Shown here: positions 8,945-18,646 of the stretch, one piece after another | How positions within the stretch are numbered: the stretch's first letter is position 1 | Layout of the letters: every line of letters begins with the position of its first letter | Position numbers and translations under genes: made by a program | The notes under the pieces: model-generated | Database searches by the model: none | What the model saw: the letters and a program-made list of their open reading frames with translations, nothing else | What the model was told of the DNA's origin: nothing | From: Patescibacteria group bacterium | GTDB taxonomy: Bacteria > Patescibacteriota > Patescibacteriia > 2-01-FULL-39-33 | Assembly: GCA_041649575.1 (NCBI GenBank) | Contig: JBAZMW010000004.1 | Location: 1 to 32,000, forward strand | Length of the DNA stretch: 32,000 nucleotides | Reading direction: 5' to 3'

Positions 8945-9448
8945 TTACTTGTATTTTTCGTACTTGATCTTGGTCTTATCAAATTGTTCCTCGCTATGAG
9001 CTTCCGGGCTACTGGCCGGAACGCCCAGAGGCATTAGACACAAAACTCTATGTTTGACGGGAATGTTTAAAAGTTCTTTGATTTCTTTTTCGGCAGTGTC
9101 GTTACCGCGGATTTGAATCCAGCAGCTACCCAGGCCTTGCTCGGCCGCCTCCAGCCAGATGTGTTGGGCGACAATAGAGCAGTCCTCAACCCATTCCGGG
9201 CTTTCTTCGGCGTGACCGACAATCACAATCACGACAGCGGCCTCTTTGGCGTGTGCCGACCAAGGGGTAGTCTTGGACAGCTTATCCTTGGTTTCGGAAT
9301 TAGTTACCACCACCAGCTCCCAAGGATAATGAGCGTTAGCCGAGGGGGCATACATGGCGGCGGTGAGGATCTCTTTAAGTTTTTCTTCGGGTACGCTTTC
9401 GGCCAAGTATTCCCTGACAGACCTTCTATTCTTTATGGCTTCTATCAT
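8945..9448 (-). CDS. Nitroreductase family protein
   Basis: 167 aa; IEAIKNRRSVREY, AAMYAPSANAHYPWELVVV, AEQGLGSCWIQIRG. Confidence 0.9.
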   Translation of the reverse strand: MIEAIKNRRSVREYLAESVPEEKLKEILTAAMYAPSANAHYPWELVVVTNSETKDKLSKTTPWSAHAKEAAVVIVIVGHAEESPEWVEDCSIVAQHIWLEAAEQGLGSCWIQIRGNDTAEKEIKELLNIPVKHRVLCLMPLGVPASSPEAHSEEQFDKTKIKYEKYK

Positions 9449-9525
9449 GCTTTTTACTGATTAGTATTAAAATGATGTTAAAAACGATCAAAATAATTAT
9501 ATGACAGTTTTTAATAAAAAATCAA

Positions 9526-9554
9526 TTGACCTTTTGTGTTAAAAATGTTATATT
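9526..9554 (+). promoter_or_regulatory. Promoter for tRNA cluster, TTGACC-N17-TATATT
   Basis: TTGACC 9526-9531, spacer 17, TATATT 9549-9554, just upstream of the tRNA-like sequences. Confidence 0.6.
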
Positions 9555-9586
9555 GAATTATACTTTTATGATTAAAATCGATTTTT

Positions 9587-9733
9587 GTCCCCGTAGTTCA
9601 ACGGTTCGAGGCTGAAAGCCGAGAAGGATTAGAAGCGACCCGCTCAGAAGCGAAGCGCTTTGAGCGGGGAGCGATCGGAAATATGCCACTGACATATTTC
9701 CGCTAATCCCGGACAGAACACCAGTCATGTTCT
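9587..9733 (+). pseudogene. Partial tRNA-Arg copy interrupted in the D-loop region by a palindromic element
   Basis: 9587-9604 is identical to 9751-9768 (gtccccgtagttcaacgg); 9713-9724 acagaacaccag matches 9769-9780 atagaacaccag at 11/12; the intervening 108 nt is highly palindromic. Confidence 0.75.
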
Positions 9734-9750
9734 AAAATAGATTATTTTTT

Positions 9751-9822
9751 GTCCCCGTAGTTCAACGGATAGAACACCAGCCTTCTAAGCTGGATATCGT
9801 GGTTCGATTCCACGCGGGGATA
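9751..9822 (+). tRNA. tRNA-Arg(UCU)
   Basis: 72 nt; acceptor GTCCCCG/CGGGGAT, anticodon loop CTTCTAA, T-arm CGTGGTTCGATTCCACG. Confidence 0.93.
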
Positions 9823-9830
9823 CTGGCCGG

Positions 9831-9902
9831 GTCCTCGTAGTTCAACGGATAGAATGCAGGTTTCCGGAACCTGAGATGCAGGTTCGATTCCTGCCGAGGG
9901 CA
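9831..9902 (+). tRNA. tRNA-Arg(CCG)
   Basis: 72 nt; acceptor GTCCTCG/CGAGGGC, anticodon stem CAGGT/ACCTG, loop TTCCGGA. Confidence 0.92.
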
Positions 9903-9916
9903 TAGGAATAATTTAT

Positions 9917-9989
9917 GGTGGCTATGGTGTAGTGGTTAACACAGCGGTTTGTGGTACCGTTAACTCGAGTTCAATTCTCGATAGCCACC
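9917..9989 (+). tRNA. tRNA-His(GUG)
   Basis: G-1 followed by GTGGCTA/TAGCCAC acceptor, loop TTGTGGT, T-arm TCGAGTTCAATTCTCGA, discriminator C. Confidence 0.92.
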
Positions 9990-9994
9990 CCCAT

Positions 9995-10024
9995 AAAAAC
10001 ACCCCCTAATCGGGAGGTGTTTTT
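9995..10024 (+). terminator. Terminator after tRNA cluster
   Basis: AAAAACACC / GGTGTTTTT with inner CCC/GGG pairing. Confidence 0.85.
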
Positions 10025-10074
10025 ACTATTTATTTAAAAATTATTAGTTGCTATACTAAGGTAAACCAATTTTT

Positions 10075-11524
10075 ATGGATAATTTCCCCGAAATTGTCAC
10101 CTTCCGCATCACCTCGCGTTGCAGTCAAAACTGCTCTTTTTGCTATGGCCCCAAAAATATTCCCGAGTTAGATTTCTCCGAGGCGCGAAGCATCTTCGCG
10201 CTGCTGGCAAGCAAGGGAGCCAAGGCCATCACTATTACGGGTGGGGAGCCGCTAATCAGAAACGACATTGAAAAAATATTTTCTGAAATAAAAAGCCTCG
10301 GGCTGAAAATTTTTTTTGGACTCCAACGCCGACCTATTTTTCAAACATAACGACGCTATCGACAAATATGTCGATATGCTGGGATTGCCCCTGGACAAGG
10401 TTGATAATAAAAACCAAACGGGCCATAGCAATCCTGAACATATCATAAAAGTCCTCAATTATTATAAAAATCTGCCCCAAGAACGGAAAAGGCCAAAATT
10501 AAAAATTGGGACTGTTGTAACCCGACAAAATATTGACCGGCTCGAAAGTATAGCTTTATTGATAAAAAATTTCGTTATTGACTATTGGAAAATATACCAG
10601 TTTATTCCCAGCGGCGCAGTCGCCAAGGCCAACCAAGCATACCTCCAGATTAACGAGGAGGAATTTTTGAAAGCAGCCGGAGAGATCCTCCGTTCTTACG
10701 GCCGAGATTTAAAGATTATAATTTCTCCAAGGCGCCAAAGAACCAACGCCTACTTTTTGATTAACCCAAGCGGCGATGTCATTATGCCGCAAGACAGGGC
10801 CGGCGCATGTGATGAACTGAATGTTGGAAATATTTTTGACCAAGACATCACCACGAGATGGCAAAGTTGTGTGAATGAAGATAAATATTTGAACAATGCA
10901 ACCGACACTTTTAGTTATCGATGGAACAGCTACCCGATGCCGGAGATCTATAATAAGATATGGCGACTCTCCAGAAAATACAACCAAAAAGGACAACCAT
11001 ACACCGAAAAGCATATCGAATGGCTTATTGGCAAAAGCTTGAGTTTGACAAGGGAAGAAAAAATGGACGAAAAAATTTTCATCCCTTTCGTTTTGCTGCA
11101 TGATGTCGGTTATAGCGCTACCGGCCGAAACAACCCCTTCAATAGACAATCGCGTAAGCATCACATGATGGCCGGCAAACAATTGGCCAAAAAAATTCTA
11201 AGGCAGGTCGATTATCCAGCCGACCTAAGTTCAAAAATTTGCAATTACATCGGAATCCACGATAATTGGGCTTTTGGCGACCACCAGCTTTACCGTCGCA
11301 ACAAACATTTGGGGCTCTTCAATGATTTAGATTTTATTTCTATGTATTCGGATGCCTGTTTCGGCTCCATGATGAAATTTTTAAACAGCGACTCCGGCCA
11401 GCTGCTGGAATATTTGAAAAATAACGAGAAGACGGTTAATCGGCCATTCGTTTGCCAAGCGAGCCGTCGAGTGCTCGAAGAAAGCATTAAAAAAATTAAG
11501 ATTGAATACGCACCTGGCCTTTAA
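10075..11524 (+). CDS. Radical SAM domain fused to HD-type hydrolase domain, interrupted by an apparent frameshift at 10310-10317
   Basis: ORF 10075-10350 has CSQNCSFCYG and TITGGEPL; ORF 10316-11524 continues in the other frame and ends with HD-like LLHDVGYSA...KHHMMAGKQLAKKIL...IHDNW. Confidence 0.75.
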
Positions 11525-11559
11525 TTGAACTTTAATCTAAAACCTGTTAAAATGAAAAA

Positions 11560-12126
11560 ATGTTAGAGACGACTGACGAACAGCTGATTGCCTTATACTT
11601 AAGAGGCCACCAAGAAGCCTTGGAAATCCTAATCAAGCGCTATCTTAACCTTGTTTATGGTGCTGTTTATAGACTGGTCAGTAGTCAAGTGGAGGCGGAG
11701 GATATTACCCAAGAGACATTTATACGAGCCTGGAAAAACTTAAAAAAATTTGACCAACAAAAAAATTTTAGAGTCTGGCTGATGGCTATCGCTAAAAATG
11801 CCGCTTTGGATTATTTAAAGAAGAAAAGAGCCATAAACTTCACCGAATTGGAAAATGTTTTTGACAAAGATAATTTGCTAGGAAACATTGCCGATCCGAC
11901 GCCACTAGCCAGCCAGCTGGCCGAAAATCAAGACACCGCCGATTGGTTGGCCGCAAACTTGGCCCAGCTTACCGCAGAAAATAGTCTGATTTTATCTTGG
12001 CATCACCAAGACGGCTTGACCTTTAAAGAAATATCCCAAAAAATCAATGCGCCTTTAAATACCGTCAAATCCCGTTATCGACGCGCCCTGCTGAAATTAA
12101 AAAAAATTCTAGGCGAACCTCTCTAA
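11560..12126 (+). CDS. RNA polymerase sigma factor, sigma-70/ECF family
   Basis: 188 aa; EDITQETFIRAWKNLKKF (region 2), SWHHQDGLTFKEISQKINAPLNTVKSRYRRALLKLKK (region 4). Confidence 0.93.
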   Translation: MLETTDEQLIALYLRGHQEALEILIKRYLNLVYGAVYRLVSSQVEAEDITQETFIRAWKNLKKFDQQKNFRVWLMAIAKNAALDYLKKKRAINFTELENVFDKDNLLGNIADPTPLASQLAENQDTADWLAANLAQLTAENSLILSWHHQDGLTFKEISQKINAPLNTVKSRYRRALLKLKKILGEPL

Positions 12127-12204
12127 ATTTAAACAAAATTGAAAATATTCTTTTAGCGGATGCACCAAAAAGCATCCGTTATTCGTATTTATTAATAAGC
12201 AACT

Positions 12205-12618
12205 ATGAAAGAAAAACTACCCCAAAAAGAAAATTCACCAGAACCGCTGCTGCCGAGCGAAAAACTTTTTGACAGCATCATGCTCGGTATTGGCCGAGAA
12301 CAAAAACGACAGCTTAGGCGCCGAATATTTTTTTATTCTCTGTGTTTTGTCTGTTCGCTTGTAGCGCTACTACCGGCCTTTCGAGCGGTAAGGGCTGAAA
12401 TTATAAATTCCGGATTAATAGAATTCTTAGCTCTGGCCATTTCCGATTCAAAAATAGTTTTGACCTATTGGAATAATTTTATTTTTGTTGTCCTGGAGGC
12501 TTTGCCGGTGATCAGTCTTGTTGTTTTCTTGGCTGTAATTTTTGTCTTTTTAGAATCTCTCAAGCTACTGGCCAGAGATTTAAAGACATTGCTCTCCCCC
12601 GCTTCAATAACTAATTAA
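12205..12618 (+). CDS. Small membrane protein downstream of the sigma factor (possible anti-sigma partner)
   Basis: 137 aa with two hydrophobic segments; assignment by position only. Confidence 0.6.
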   Translation: MKEKLPQKENSPEPLLPSEKLFDSIMLGIGREQKRQLRRRIFFYSLCFVCSLVALLPAFRAVRAEIINSGLIEFLALAISDSKIVLTYWNNFIFVVLEALPVISLVVFLAVIFVFLESLKLLARDLKTLLSPASITN

Positions 12619-12622
12619 AAAT

Positions 12623-13120
12623 ATGGATTTCAATAAACTAGTCCAATCAAAAACATTCAGAGGTTTTCTGTACGGCATCGCCGCTTTTATCATTATTCTG
12701 ATCGTCTTTAGGCTGGGTGTGGTTGTCGGTTTTAGAGAGGCCAGCTTTTCTTACCGTTGGGGAGACAATTATCATCGGAATTTTGCCGGACCACAGCAGG
12801 GATTCTTAAACGACTTTAGCGGCCAAAACTTCATTAACGCCCACGGAATAATAGGGCAGATCATCAAAATCGACGACTTGAGCCTTGTAATAAAGGGCCA
12901 GGATAATATAGAAAAAATAGTTTCGCTTAAGGATAATACGCCAATCCAACGTTTCCGAGAGACTATTAAATATGGCGATCTTAAAACCGGTGATTATATC
13001 GTAGTTATCGGAGAACCCAACAAGACCGGCCAGATAGAAGCAAACTTTATTAGAATTTTGCCGCCGCCTAATGCTAACGATTTGAACTTCTTGCCGCCGC
13101 CCCACGCTCCCAAAACCTAA
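12623..13120 (+). CDS. Membrane-anchored hypothetical protein (DUF5666/OB-like C-terminal part)
   Basis: 165 aa; N-terminal TM, then HGIIGQIIKIDDLSLVIKGQDNIEKIVSLKDNTPI. Confidence 0.65.
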   Translation: MDFNKLVQSKTFRGFLYGIAAFIIILIVFRLGVVVGFREASFSYRWGDNYHRNFAGPQQGFLNDFSGQNFINAHGIIGQIIKIDDLSLVIKGQDNIEKIVSLKDNTPIQRFRETIKYGDLKTGDYIVVIGEPNKTGQIEANFIRILPPPNANDLNFLPPPHAPKT

Positions 13121-13136
13121 ATAATCAAATTATATT

Positions 13137-14903
13137 ATGTCAAAAGTGTTAAAGAAATTTTTTGGGCCTATCGTCAAACATAAGCTGCTCTCTCTTATTG
13201 CCTTGGTAATAATTGTTATCGCCGGTTATTTTGGTTATCAGGCGTTAAAGGGCAAAGACGCTCAAACCAGCTATGTTTCGGCGGCGGCAGAAAAGGGTTC
13301 GATTATCGCTTCTGTTTCGGGCAGCGGCCAAGTTTCTGCCTCTAATCAGGTAGACATAAAAACCAGGGCCTCCGGAGAAGTTTATGCAGTCAATGCAAAA
13401 GAAGGGCAGGAAGTTAAGGCCAACACCACTTTAGTACAACTTGATGCTCGAGAAGCACAAAAATCGATAAGAGACGCTCAGGCCAATCTGGAGTCGGCTC
13501 AAATCGCTTTGGAAAAAATAAAACAGCCGACCGATGAACTTTCTATATTGCAAGCCGAAAATTCTCTAGCCCAAGCCAAAGAAACCAAACAAAATTCCGA
13601 GGACGCTCTGAAAAAAGCCTATGACGATGGTTTTAATACGGTGGCCAATTCTTTTTTGGGGCTGCCAACAATCATGACTGGTCTAAATGATATAATTTAC
13701 GGTCATACCTTTGAAAAGAATCAACAAAATGTTGACTGGTATGTTAATCAAATAAACACCGACGACAAAAGAAACCAGGCCATTGATTATCGTGACAAAA
13801 TTAATAGCTCTTATAGCGAAGCTAACGACAGTTATGATAAAAATCTTGAGGCTTACAAAGCGGCCTCCAGAACCTCTGACAATCAAACCATAGAATCAAT
13901 TATTTCGGAGACCTACGAAACAGTGAAAATCATCGCTGATACAGTAAAAAATGGCCATAATCTTATCGACTTCGTCCGGAATGATTTGACTGAAAAAAAT
14001 ATGAGCGTTTCCGCCACCATCATCGCACATCAAGCCAGCCTGGACTCCTACACGGGCAACACCAATACCTATCTGCTTAATCTTCTTTCTGTCAAAAACA
14101 CCATCCAAACCAACAAACAAAACATAATCAATGCCGACAGATCGATTGCCGAAAAGACCGAGTCGCTGGCCAATTTAGAAGCGGGCGTTGATGCACTGGA
14201 CTTGCACTCCCAGGAATTGAATCTGCAACAAAAAATTAACGCTCTGTCTGATGCTAGAGAAAAATTATCAGATTATTATGTCAGGGCTCCTTTTGACGGC
14301 GTGGTCGCCAGCGTCAACATAAACAAAGGCGACTCGGTTTCCTCTGGCGCTTCGGCGGTAACCATGATTACCAAACAACAAATCGCCAAAATCTCGCTTA
14401 ATGAAGTTGACGTCGCCAAGGTAAAAGTCGGCCAGAAGACAACCTTGACTTTTGACGCGGTCGGCGACCTGACTATTGCCGGCTCGGTGATAAATGTAGA
14501 TCTTATCGGCACGGTGAGTCAGGGGGTTACTAGCTATAACGTTGAAATCGGTTTTGACACCCAAGACGAAAGAATTAAGCCGGGCATGACCGTTCTCGCC
14601 AATATCATCACCGAATCAAAAACCGACGTCTTGTTGATTCCCAGCTCGGCGATTAAAACCCAGGGTGATTCGAGCTACGTCGAAATTTTGGAAAATGGCC
14701 AACCGCTAAAAAAAGAGGTGTCAACGGGATTGGTCGGTGATACTATGACGGAAATTTTAAGCGGCCTGAATGAGAATGATCAAATCATTACCAAAACCAT
14801 CACCTCCAGCCAAAACAATGCCGAAAATTCTAATTCCTCAAGCCGAGCTGCTGGCGGCAATCAACAAAACCAGGATGGCATGCCGCCAATAATGGGTTTT
14901 TAA
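13137..14903 (+). CDS. MacA/HlyD-like periplasmic adaptor subunit
   Basis: 588 aa; SGSGQVSASNQVDIKTRASGEVYAVNAKEGQEVKANTTLVQLD, YYVRAPFDGVVASVNINKGDSV. Confidence 0.92.
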   Translation: MSKVLKKFFGPIVKHKLLSLIALVIIVIAGYFGYQALKGKDAQTSYVSAAAEKGSIIASVSGSGQVSASNQVDIKTRASGEVYAVNAKEGQEVKANTTLVQLDAREAQKSIRDAQANLESAQIALEKIKQPTDELSILQAENSLAQAKETKQNSEDALKKAYDDGFNTVANSFLGLPTIMTGLNDIIYGHTFEKNQQNVDWYVNQINTDDKRNQAIDYRDKINSSYSEANDSYDKNLEAYKAASRTSDNQTIESIISETYETVKIIADTVKNGHNLIDFVRNDLTEKNMSVSATIIAHQASLDSYTGNTNTYLLNLLSVKNTIQTNKQNIINADRSIAEKTESLANLEAGVDALDLHSQELNLQQKINALSDAREKLSDYYVRAPFDGVVASVNINKGDSVSSGASAVTMITKQQIAKISLNEVDVAKVKVGQKTTLTFDAVGDLTIAGSVINVDLIGTVSQGVTSYNVEIGFDTQDERIKPGMTVLANIITESKTDVLLIPSSAIKTQGDSSYVEILENGQPLKKEVSTGLVGDTMTEILSGLNENDQIITKTITSSQNNAENSNSSSRAAGGNQQNQDGMPPIMGF

Positions 14904-14909
14904 CTTTTT

Positions 14910-15596
14910 ATGCTTAGATGCGAAAACATTAGCAAAACTTACCTGATGGGTGAAGATAATAATCTCACGGTTTTGAAAAAAGTTAATTTTCAAATCGAGA
15001 AAGGAGAGTTTGTCGCCGTCATCGGGCCGTCTGGCTCGGGCAAATCGACTCTGATGAATATTATAGGAGCCCTGGATCGCCCTTCGACCGGTAAATACTT
15101 TTTGGATGAGGAGGATGTTTTCAGCCTGCCCGATGACAAACTGGCGGAAATCCGTTGCAAAAAAATCGGTTTTGTCTTTCAATCCTTCAACCTTTTGGCA
15201 CGTTCTACTGTTTTAAAAAACGTTATGGTCCCCTTGGTTTATGCCAGAGTGCCAAAAATCAAACGCTGGGAAATGGCAAAAAAAGCGCTTCAGGCCGTTA
15301 ACTTGGAAGAAGAAAGGTGGCAGCATCTTTCTAATCAGCTCTCTGGCGGGCAGATGCAAAGAGTCGCCATCGCTCGTGCTTTAATCAATGATCCAGAATT
15401 AATTTTGGCCGACGAACCAACCGGCAACCTGGACTCTAAAACCGGCGAGGTGGTACTGAAAACATTCAAACAGCTTAATAAAGAATTCCACCATACTATT
15501 ATCCTGATAACTCACGATCATAATGTCGCTGCCCATGCCGATCGGGTGATGGAAATCAAGGATGGCGAGATAATCAGTGACAAAAAAAATAATTAA
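14910..15596 (+). CDS. ABC transporter ATP-binding protein (MacB/LolD type)
   Basis: 228 aa; Walker [10 protein letters not shown], signature LSGGQMQR, Walker [13 protein letters not shown]. Confidence 0.96.
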   Translation: MLRCENISKTYLMGEDNNLTVLKKVNFQIEKGEFVAVIGPSGSGKSTLMNIIGALDRPSTGKYFLDEEDVFSLPDDKLAEIRCKKIGFVFQSFNLLARSTVLKNVMVPLVYARVPKIKRWEMAKKALQAVNLEEERWQHLSNQLSGGQMQRVAIARALINDPELILADEPTGNLDSKTGEVVLKTFKQLNKEFHHTIILITHDHNVAAHADRVMEIKDGEIISDKKNN

Positions 15597-15604
15597 TTAG
15601 TCTT

Positions 15605-16828
15605 ATGCTCATAACCGACCTGTTCGGGGAAACATTCTTTTCTCTGTTTGCCAATAAGTCGCGATCGGCGTTGACTATCTTGGGAATTATTATCGGCATT
15701 GGCTCGGTGATCGCCATGGTTTCCGTAGGCCAGGGCGCGACTCAAAATATCACTTCAAGAATCGAGTCGCTAGGAACGAATTTATTGGTGGTAATGCCCA
15801 GCTCCCAACGCCGAGCTGGTAATTTAGTCAAGGGCGGCATGGGCGAAGCCACCACCCTGACCACCGACGACGCCCAAGCCATTAAAAATTCCATCGAGGG
15901 CATCAAGGCGATCGCCCCGACGGTGAGCTCGCGCAAACAAGTAACGGCCAAGGGTACCAATACCAATACCAGTATTTATGGCGTCGATGAAAATTATTTT
16001 TCTATCAAAATGATTACCGTCGATTTGGGCTCGCTTTTCAGTGCCAGCCAAATCAATTCCAGCTCTCGTGTGGCCGTCATTGGCCCAACCACCAGAGACG
16101 ATCTGTTCGGAGAGAATACTGACCCGCTCGGCCAAAAAATCCGCATTAACAGCCAAGAATTCACGGTTATCGGAGTCACGGCTTCAAAGGGCGGCAATAG
16201 CGTGGGCAGTTCTGACGATTTAATTTACATTCCTCTAAACATCGCCCAACAATATTTTACCGGCAGTAAATCTTTAAGCAATATTAATGTGGAAGTTGCC
16301 GCCGCCAATCAAATGGATGCGGTGGAGCAAGAAGTCAGCGATTTGCTTTTGGCCAGACATAAAATCACCAACACTGATAACGCCGACTTCCGGATCATGA
16401 ACCAAGCCGACATGCTAAGCGCCATGTCTTCTGTCTCCTCAACTCTGACCTATCTCCTGGGAGCGATCGCCGGTATCTCGCTGATTGTCGGCGGTATCGG
16501 TATTATGAACATGATGCTAACGACTGTTACCGAAAGAACTCGAGAAATCGGCCTAAGAAAATCCTTGGGAGCAAAAAATTCCGATATCAGCAGTCAATTC
16601 TTGGCCGAGTCGGTCGCTTTAACCTTTATCGGCGGCACTATCGGAATTATTGCCGGCTGGGTGGCTTCTTATATTATTAGCGCCTTGGCCAGCATGACAA
16701 CCGTTGTCACTCTTAACTCCATTTTGCTCTCTTTTGGTATTTCGGCTTTAATCGGCATCGTTTTTGGTTACTGGCCGGCACAACGCGCCGCCAAACTTAA
16801 TCCTATTGATGCCCTGCGTTATCAATAA
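15605..16828 (+). CDS. ABC transporter permease (MacB/FtsX family)
   Basis: 407 aa; NKSRSALTILGIIIGIGSVIAMVSVGQGA, GGIGIMNMMLTTVTERTREIGLRKSLGA. Confidence 0.95.
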   Translation: MLITDLFGETFFSLFANKSRSALTILGIIIGIGSVIAMVSVGQGATQNITSRIESLGTNLLVVMPSSQRRAGNLVKGGMGEATTLTTDDAQAIKNSIEGIKAIAPTVSSRKQVTAKGTNTNTSIYGVDENYFSIKMITVDLGSLFSASQINSSSRVAVIGPTTRDDLFGENTDPLGQKIRINSQEFTVIGVTASKGGNSVGSSDDLIYIPLNIAQQYFTGSKSLSNINVEVAAANQMDAVEQEVSDLLLARHKITNTDNADFRIMNQADMLSAMSSVSSTLTYLLGAIAGISLIVGGIGIMNMMLTTVTERTREIGLRKSLGAKNSDISSQFLAESVALTFIGGTIGIIAGWVASYIISALASMTTVVTLNSILLSFGISALIGIVFGYWPAQRAAKLNPIDALRYQ

Positions 16829-16856
16829 AAATTTAATAACTAATCATAAAAAAACC

Positions 16857-17330
16857 ATGAAAGAAAAAAAACTACCGTTGATTGTCGTAGCAATTATAGT
16901 CATTATTATTGTCGCTGGTGGCAGTTTTTACTGTGGCCTAAAATACGGCTATCTAATTAAAGGTCCGGGCCAGAATAATCTGGAAGGTTTTCAAAATCTT
17001 ACGCCCGAACAGCGTCAACAGCGTCTGGGACAAATGGGAGCAAACGGCCTCCGCGGCAATGGTTCTGGTGGCGACTTTTTAAATGGTGAGATCATTTCTA
17101 AGGACAACTCGAGTCTAATTCTCAAGCTACGAGCTGGCGGGTCAAAGGTTGTTATTTTCGCCACCTCAACGGAAGTGGGAAAATTTACCAACGGTTCTGT
17201 GGCCGACTTGTCCGTGGGCCAAACTGTCAGTGTTAATGGTCAAAGTAACTCGGATGGCAGCTTGACCGCTCAATCAATTCAAATTCGACCGGCTCTGCCG
17301 CCAAACGACCAACAGCCGTCTAAGCAATAA
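16857..17330 (+). CDS. Membrane-anchored hypothetical protein (DUF5666-like)
   Basis: Trimmed start ATG at 16857 (MKEKKLPLIVVAI...); LNGEIISKDNSSLILKLRAGGSKVVIFATSTEVGKF. Confidence 0.75.
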   Translation: MKEKKLPLIVVAIIVIIIVAGGSFYCGLKYGYLIKGPGQNNLEGFQNLTPEQRQQRLGQMGANGLRGNGSGGDFLNGEIISKDNSSLILKLRAGGSKVVIFATSTEVGKFTNGSVADLSVGQTVSVNGQSNSDGSLTAQSIQIRPALPPNDQQPSKQ

Positions 17331-17344
17331 AAAAGATAAAACGC

Positions 17345-17384
17345 AAACTAAAAAGTCCCGCCAAAAGGCAGGATTTTTTAGTTT
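17345..17384. terminator. Bidirectional terminator between convergent genes
   Basis: AAACTAAAAAgTCCcGCC AAAA GGCaGGAtTTTTTAGTTT. Confidence 0.85.
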
Positions 17385-17392
17385 TAGCAGAA

Positions 17393-18511
17393 CTATCTGA
17401 TTGATTTATAGCCTCCCGGCACGCCATGGGGAGACAAAACCAGTTGCCACAACTGGATCGAACGAGCCCGAAAAGCGCCGGCGCAGCACAAAAGATAATA
17501 ATGCCACATCCGATAGAAACGATCGTCATAATTTTTTTTGAGTTCCGGCCAAGCCGCTACAAAATTATCGTGCCAGGCCATTAAAGTCTTGTCATAGTCG
17601 GCGCCAAAATTATGAATATCCTCTATAACAAATAACTTTTCCACGCTGGTGGTAAGCAGTTTTAATGACGGCAGCATGCCATTGGGAAAAATATACTTAT
17701 TAATCCAGGGGTCGGTGCTGCTGCCCGACTTCAAGCTGCCAATAGTGTGAAGTAAAAACAGACCTTCAGCCTTAAGACATTTTTTTGCTATTTCCATATA
17801 AGTTCGATAATTCTTACGACCCACGTGTTCGATCATGCCAATAGAAACTAAGTGATCGAATCTTTCATTTACCTCTCGGTAGTCCTGCAAGCGGAACTCC
17901 ACCTCCAGTCCTTGGCAAAGCTCCTCGGCCAGCTTTATTTGCTCTTTAGAAACAGTGATACCAACCACTTTGACGCCATAATTTTTGGCGGCGTGCCTGG
18001 CAAAACTGCCCCAACCACAACCGATATCCAAAACTTTCTGACCTGGTTGCAGATTTAATTTGCGACAGATTAAATCTAACTTTGCCTCCTCGGCTGAATC
18101 CAAATCAGAAGCCTCGCGCCAATAGCCGCAACTATAAGTCATGCTTTTGCCCAGCATGGCAACAAACAGATCATTGCCAGTATCGTAGTGTTTTTCCCCT
18201 ATTTCGAAGGCGCGGCTAACCGCCTGAAGATTGAACAGTTTGGCCTTGATAAATCCCAGTACTAATGGCAAGGACAGGCCGATACGCTCATAAATATTAG
18301 TCGAAAGCAGACGATAAAAAAATTGGTCCAGTTCTTGGCACTCCCACCAGCCATCCATATAAGCCTCGCCCAAACCGAGCGAGCCCTGAGCCTTAACGCG
18401 ATCATACAAACCCTGGTTAATAACCTGCGGGTCCCATGGATTAGGGCCGTCTAGAACAATACCAGTTGGCTCTAAAACCTGATTGACCCATTGTTTAGTG
18501 TTGTCGGACAT
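17393..18511 (-). CDS. cfa: Cyclopropane-fatty-acyl-phospholipid synthase
   Basis: 372 aa; GEAYMDGWWECQELDQFF, MTYSCGYW, LDIGCGWGSFARHAAKNYGVKVVGITVS, MIEHVGRKNY, YIFPNGMLPS. Confidence 0.96.
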   Translation of the reverse strand: MSDNTKQWVNQVLEPTGIVLDGPNPWDPQVINQGLYDRVKAQGSLGLGEAYMDGWWECQELDQFFYRLLSTNIYERIGLSLPLVLGFIKAKLFNLQAVSRAFEIGEKHYDTGNDLFVAMLGKSMTYSCGYWREASDLDSAEEAKLDLICRKLNLQPGQKVLDIGCGWGSFARHAAKNYGVKVVGITVSKEQIKLAEELCQGLEVEFRLQDYREVNERFDHLVSIGMIEHVGRKNYRTYMEIAKKCLKAEGLFLLHTIGSLKSGSSTDPWINKYIFPNGMLPSLKLLTTSVEKLFVIEDIHNFGADYDKTLMAWHDNFVAAWPELKKNYDDRFYRMWHYYLLCCAGAFRARSIQLWQLVLSPHGVPGGYKSIR

Positions 18512-18646
18512 AAGTCTAACTGTTAATTTTAATTAAAATAATCATAACAAGACTAAATTAAAATTACAAACATGAAAAAGCCACTGACTTAACCGGTATT
18601 TACAGATAAAATTTTTATTGTTAAAATCAAAATTAGATATTAAACC

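Noticed and set aside
9626-9709. CRISPR or short tandem repeat array
   Set aside because: Repeats are inverted and nested rather than direct and regularly spaced; no cas genes in the window.
9587-9733. Functional tRNA-Arg gene with an intron
   Set aside because: Only the first 18 nt and a short D/anticodon-side fragment match; the anticodon arm, T-arm and 3' acceptor are missing.
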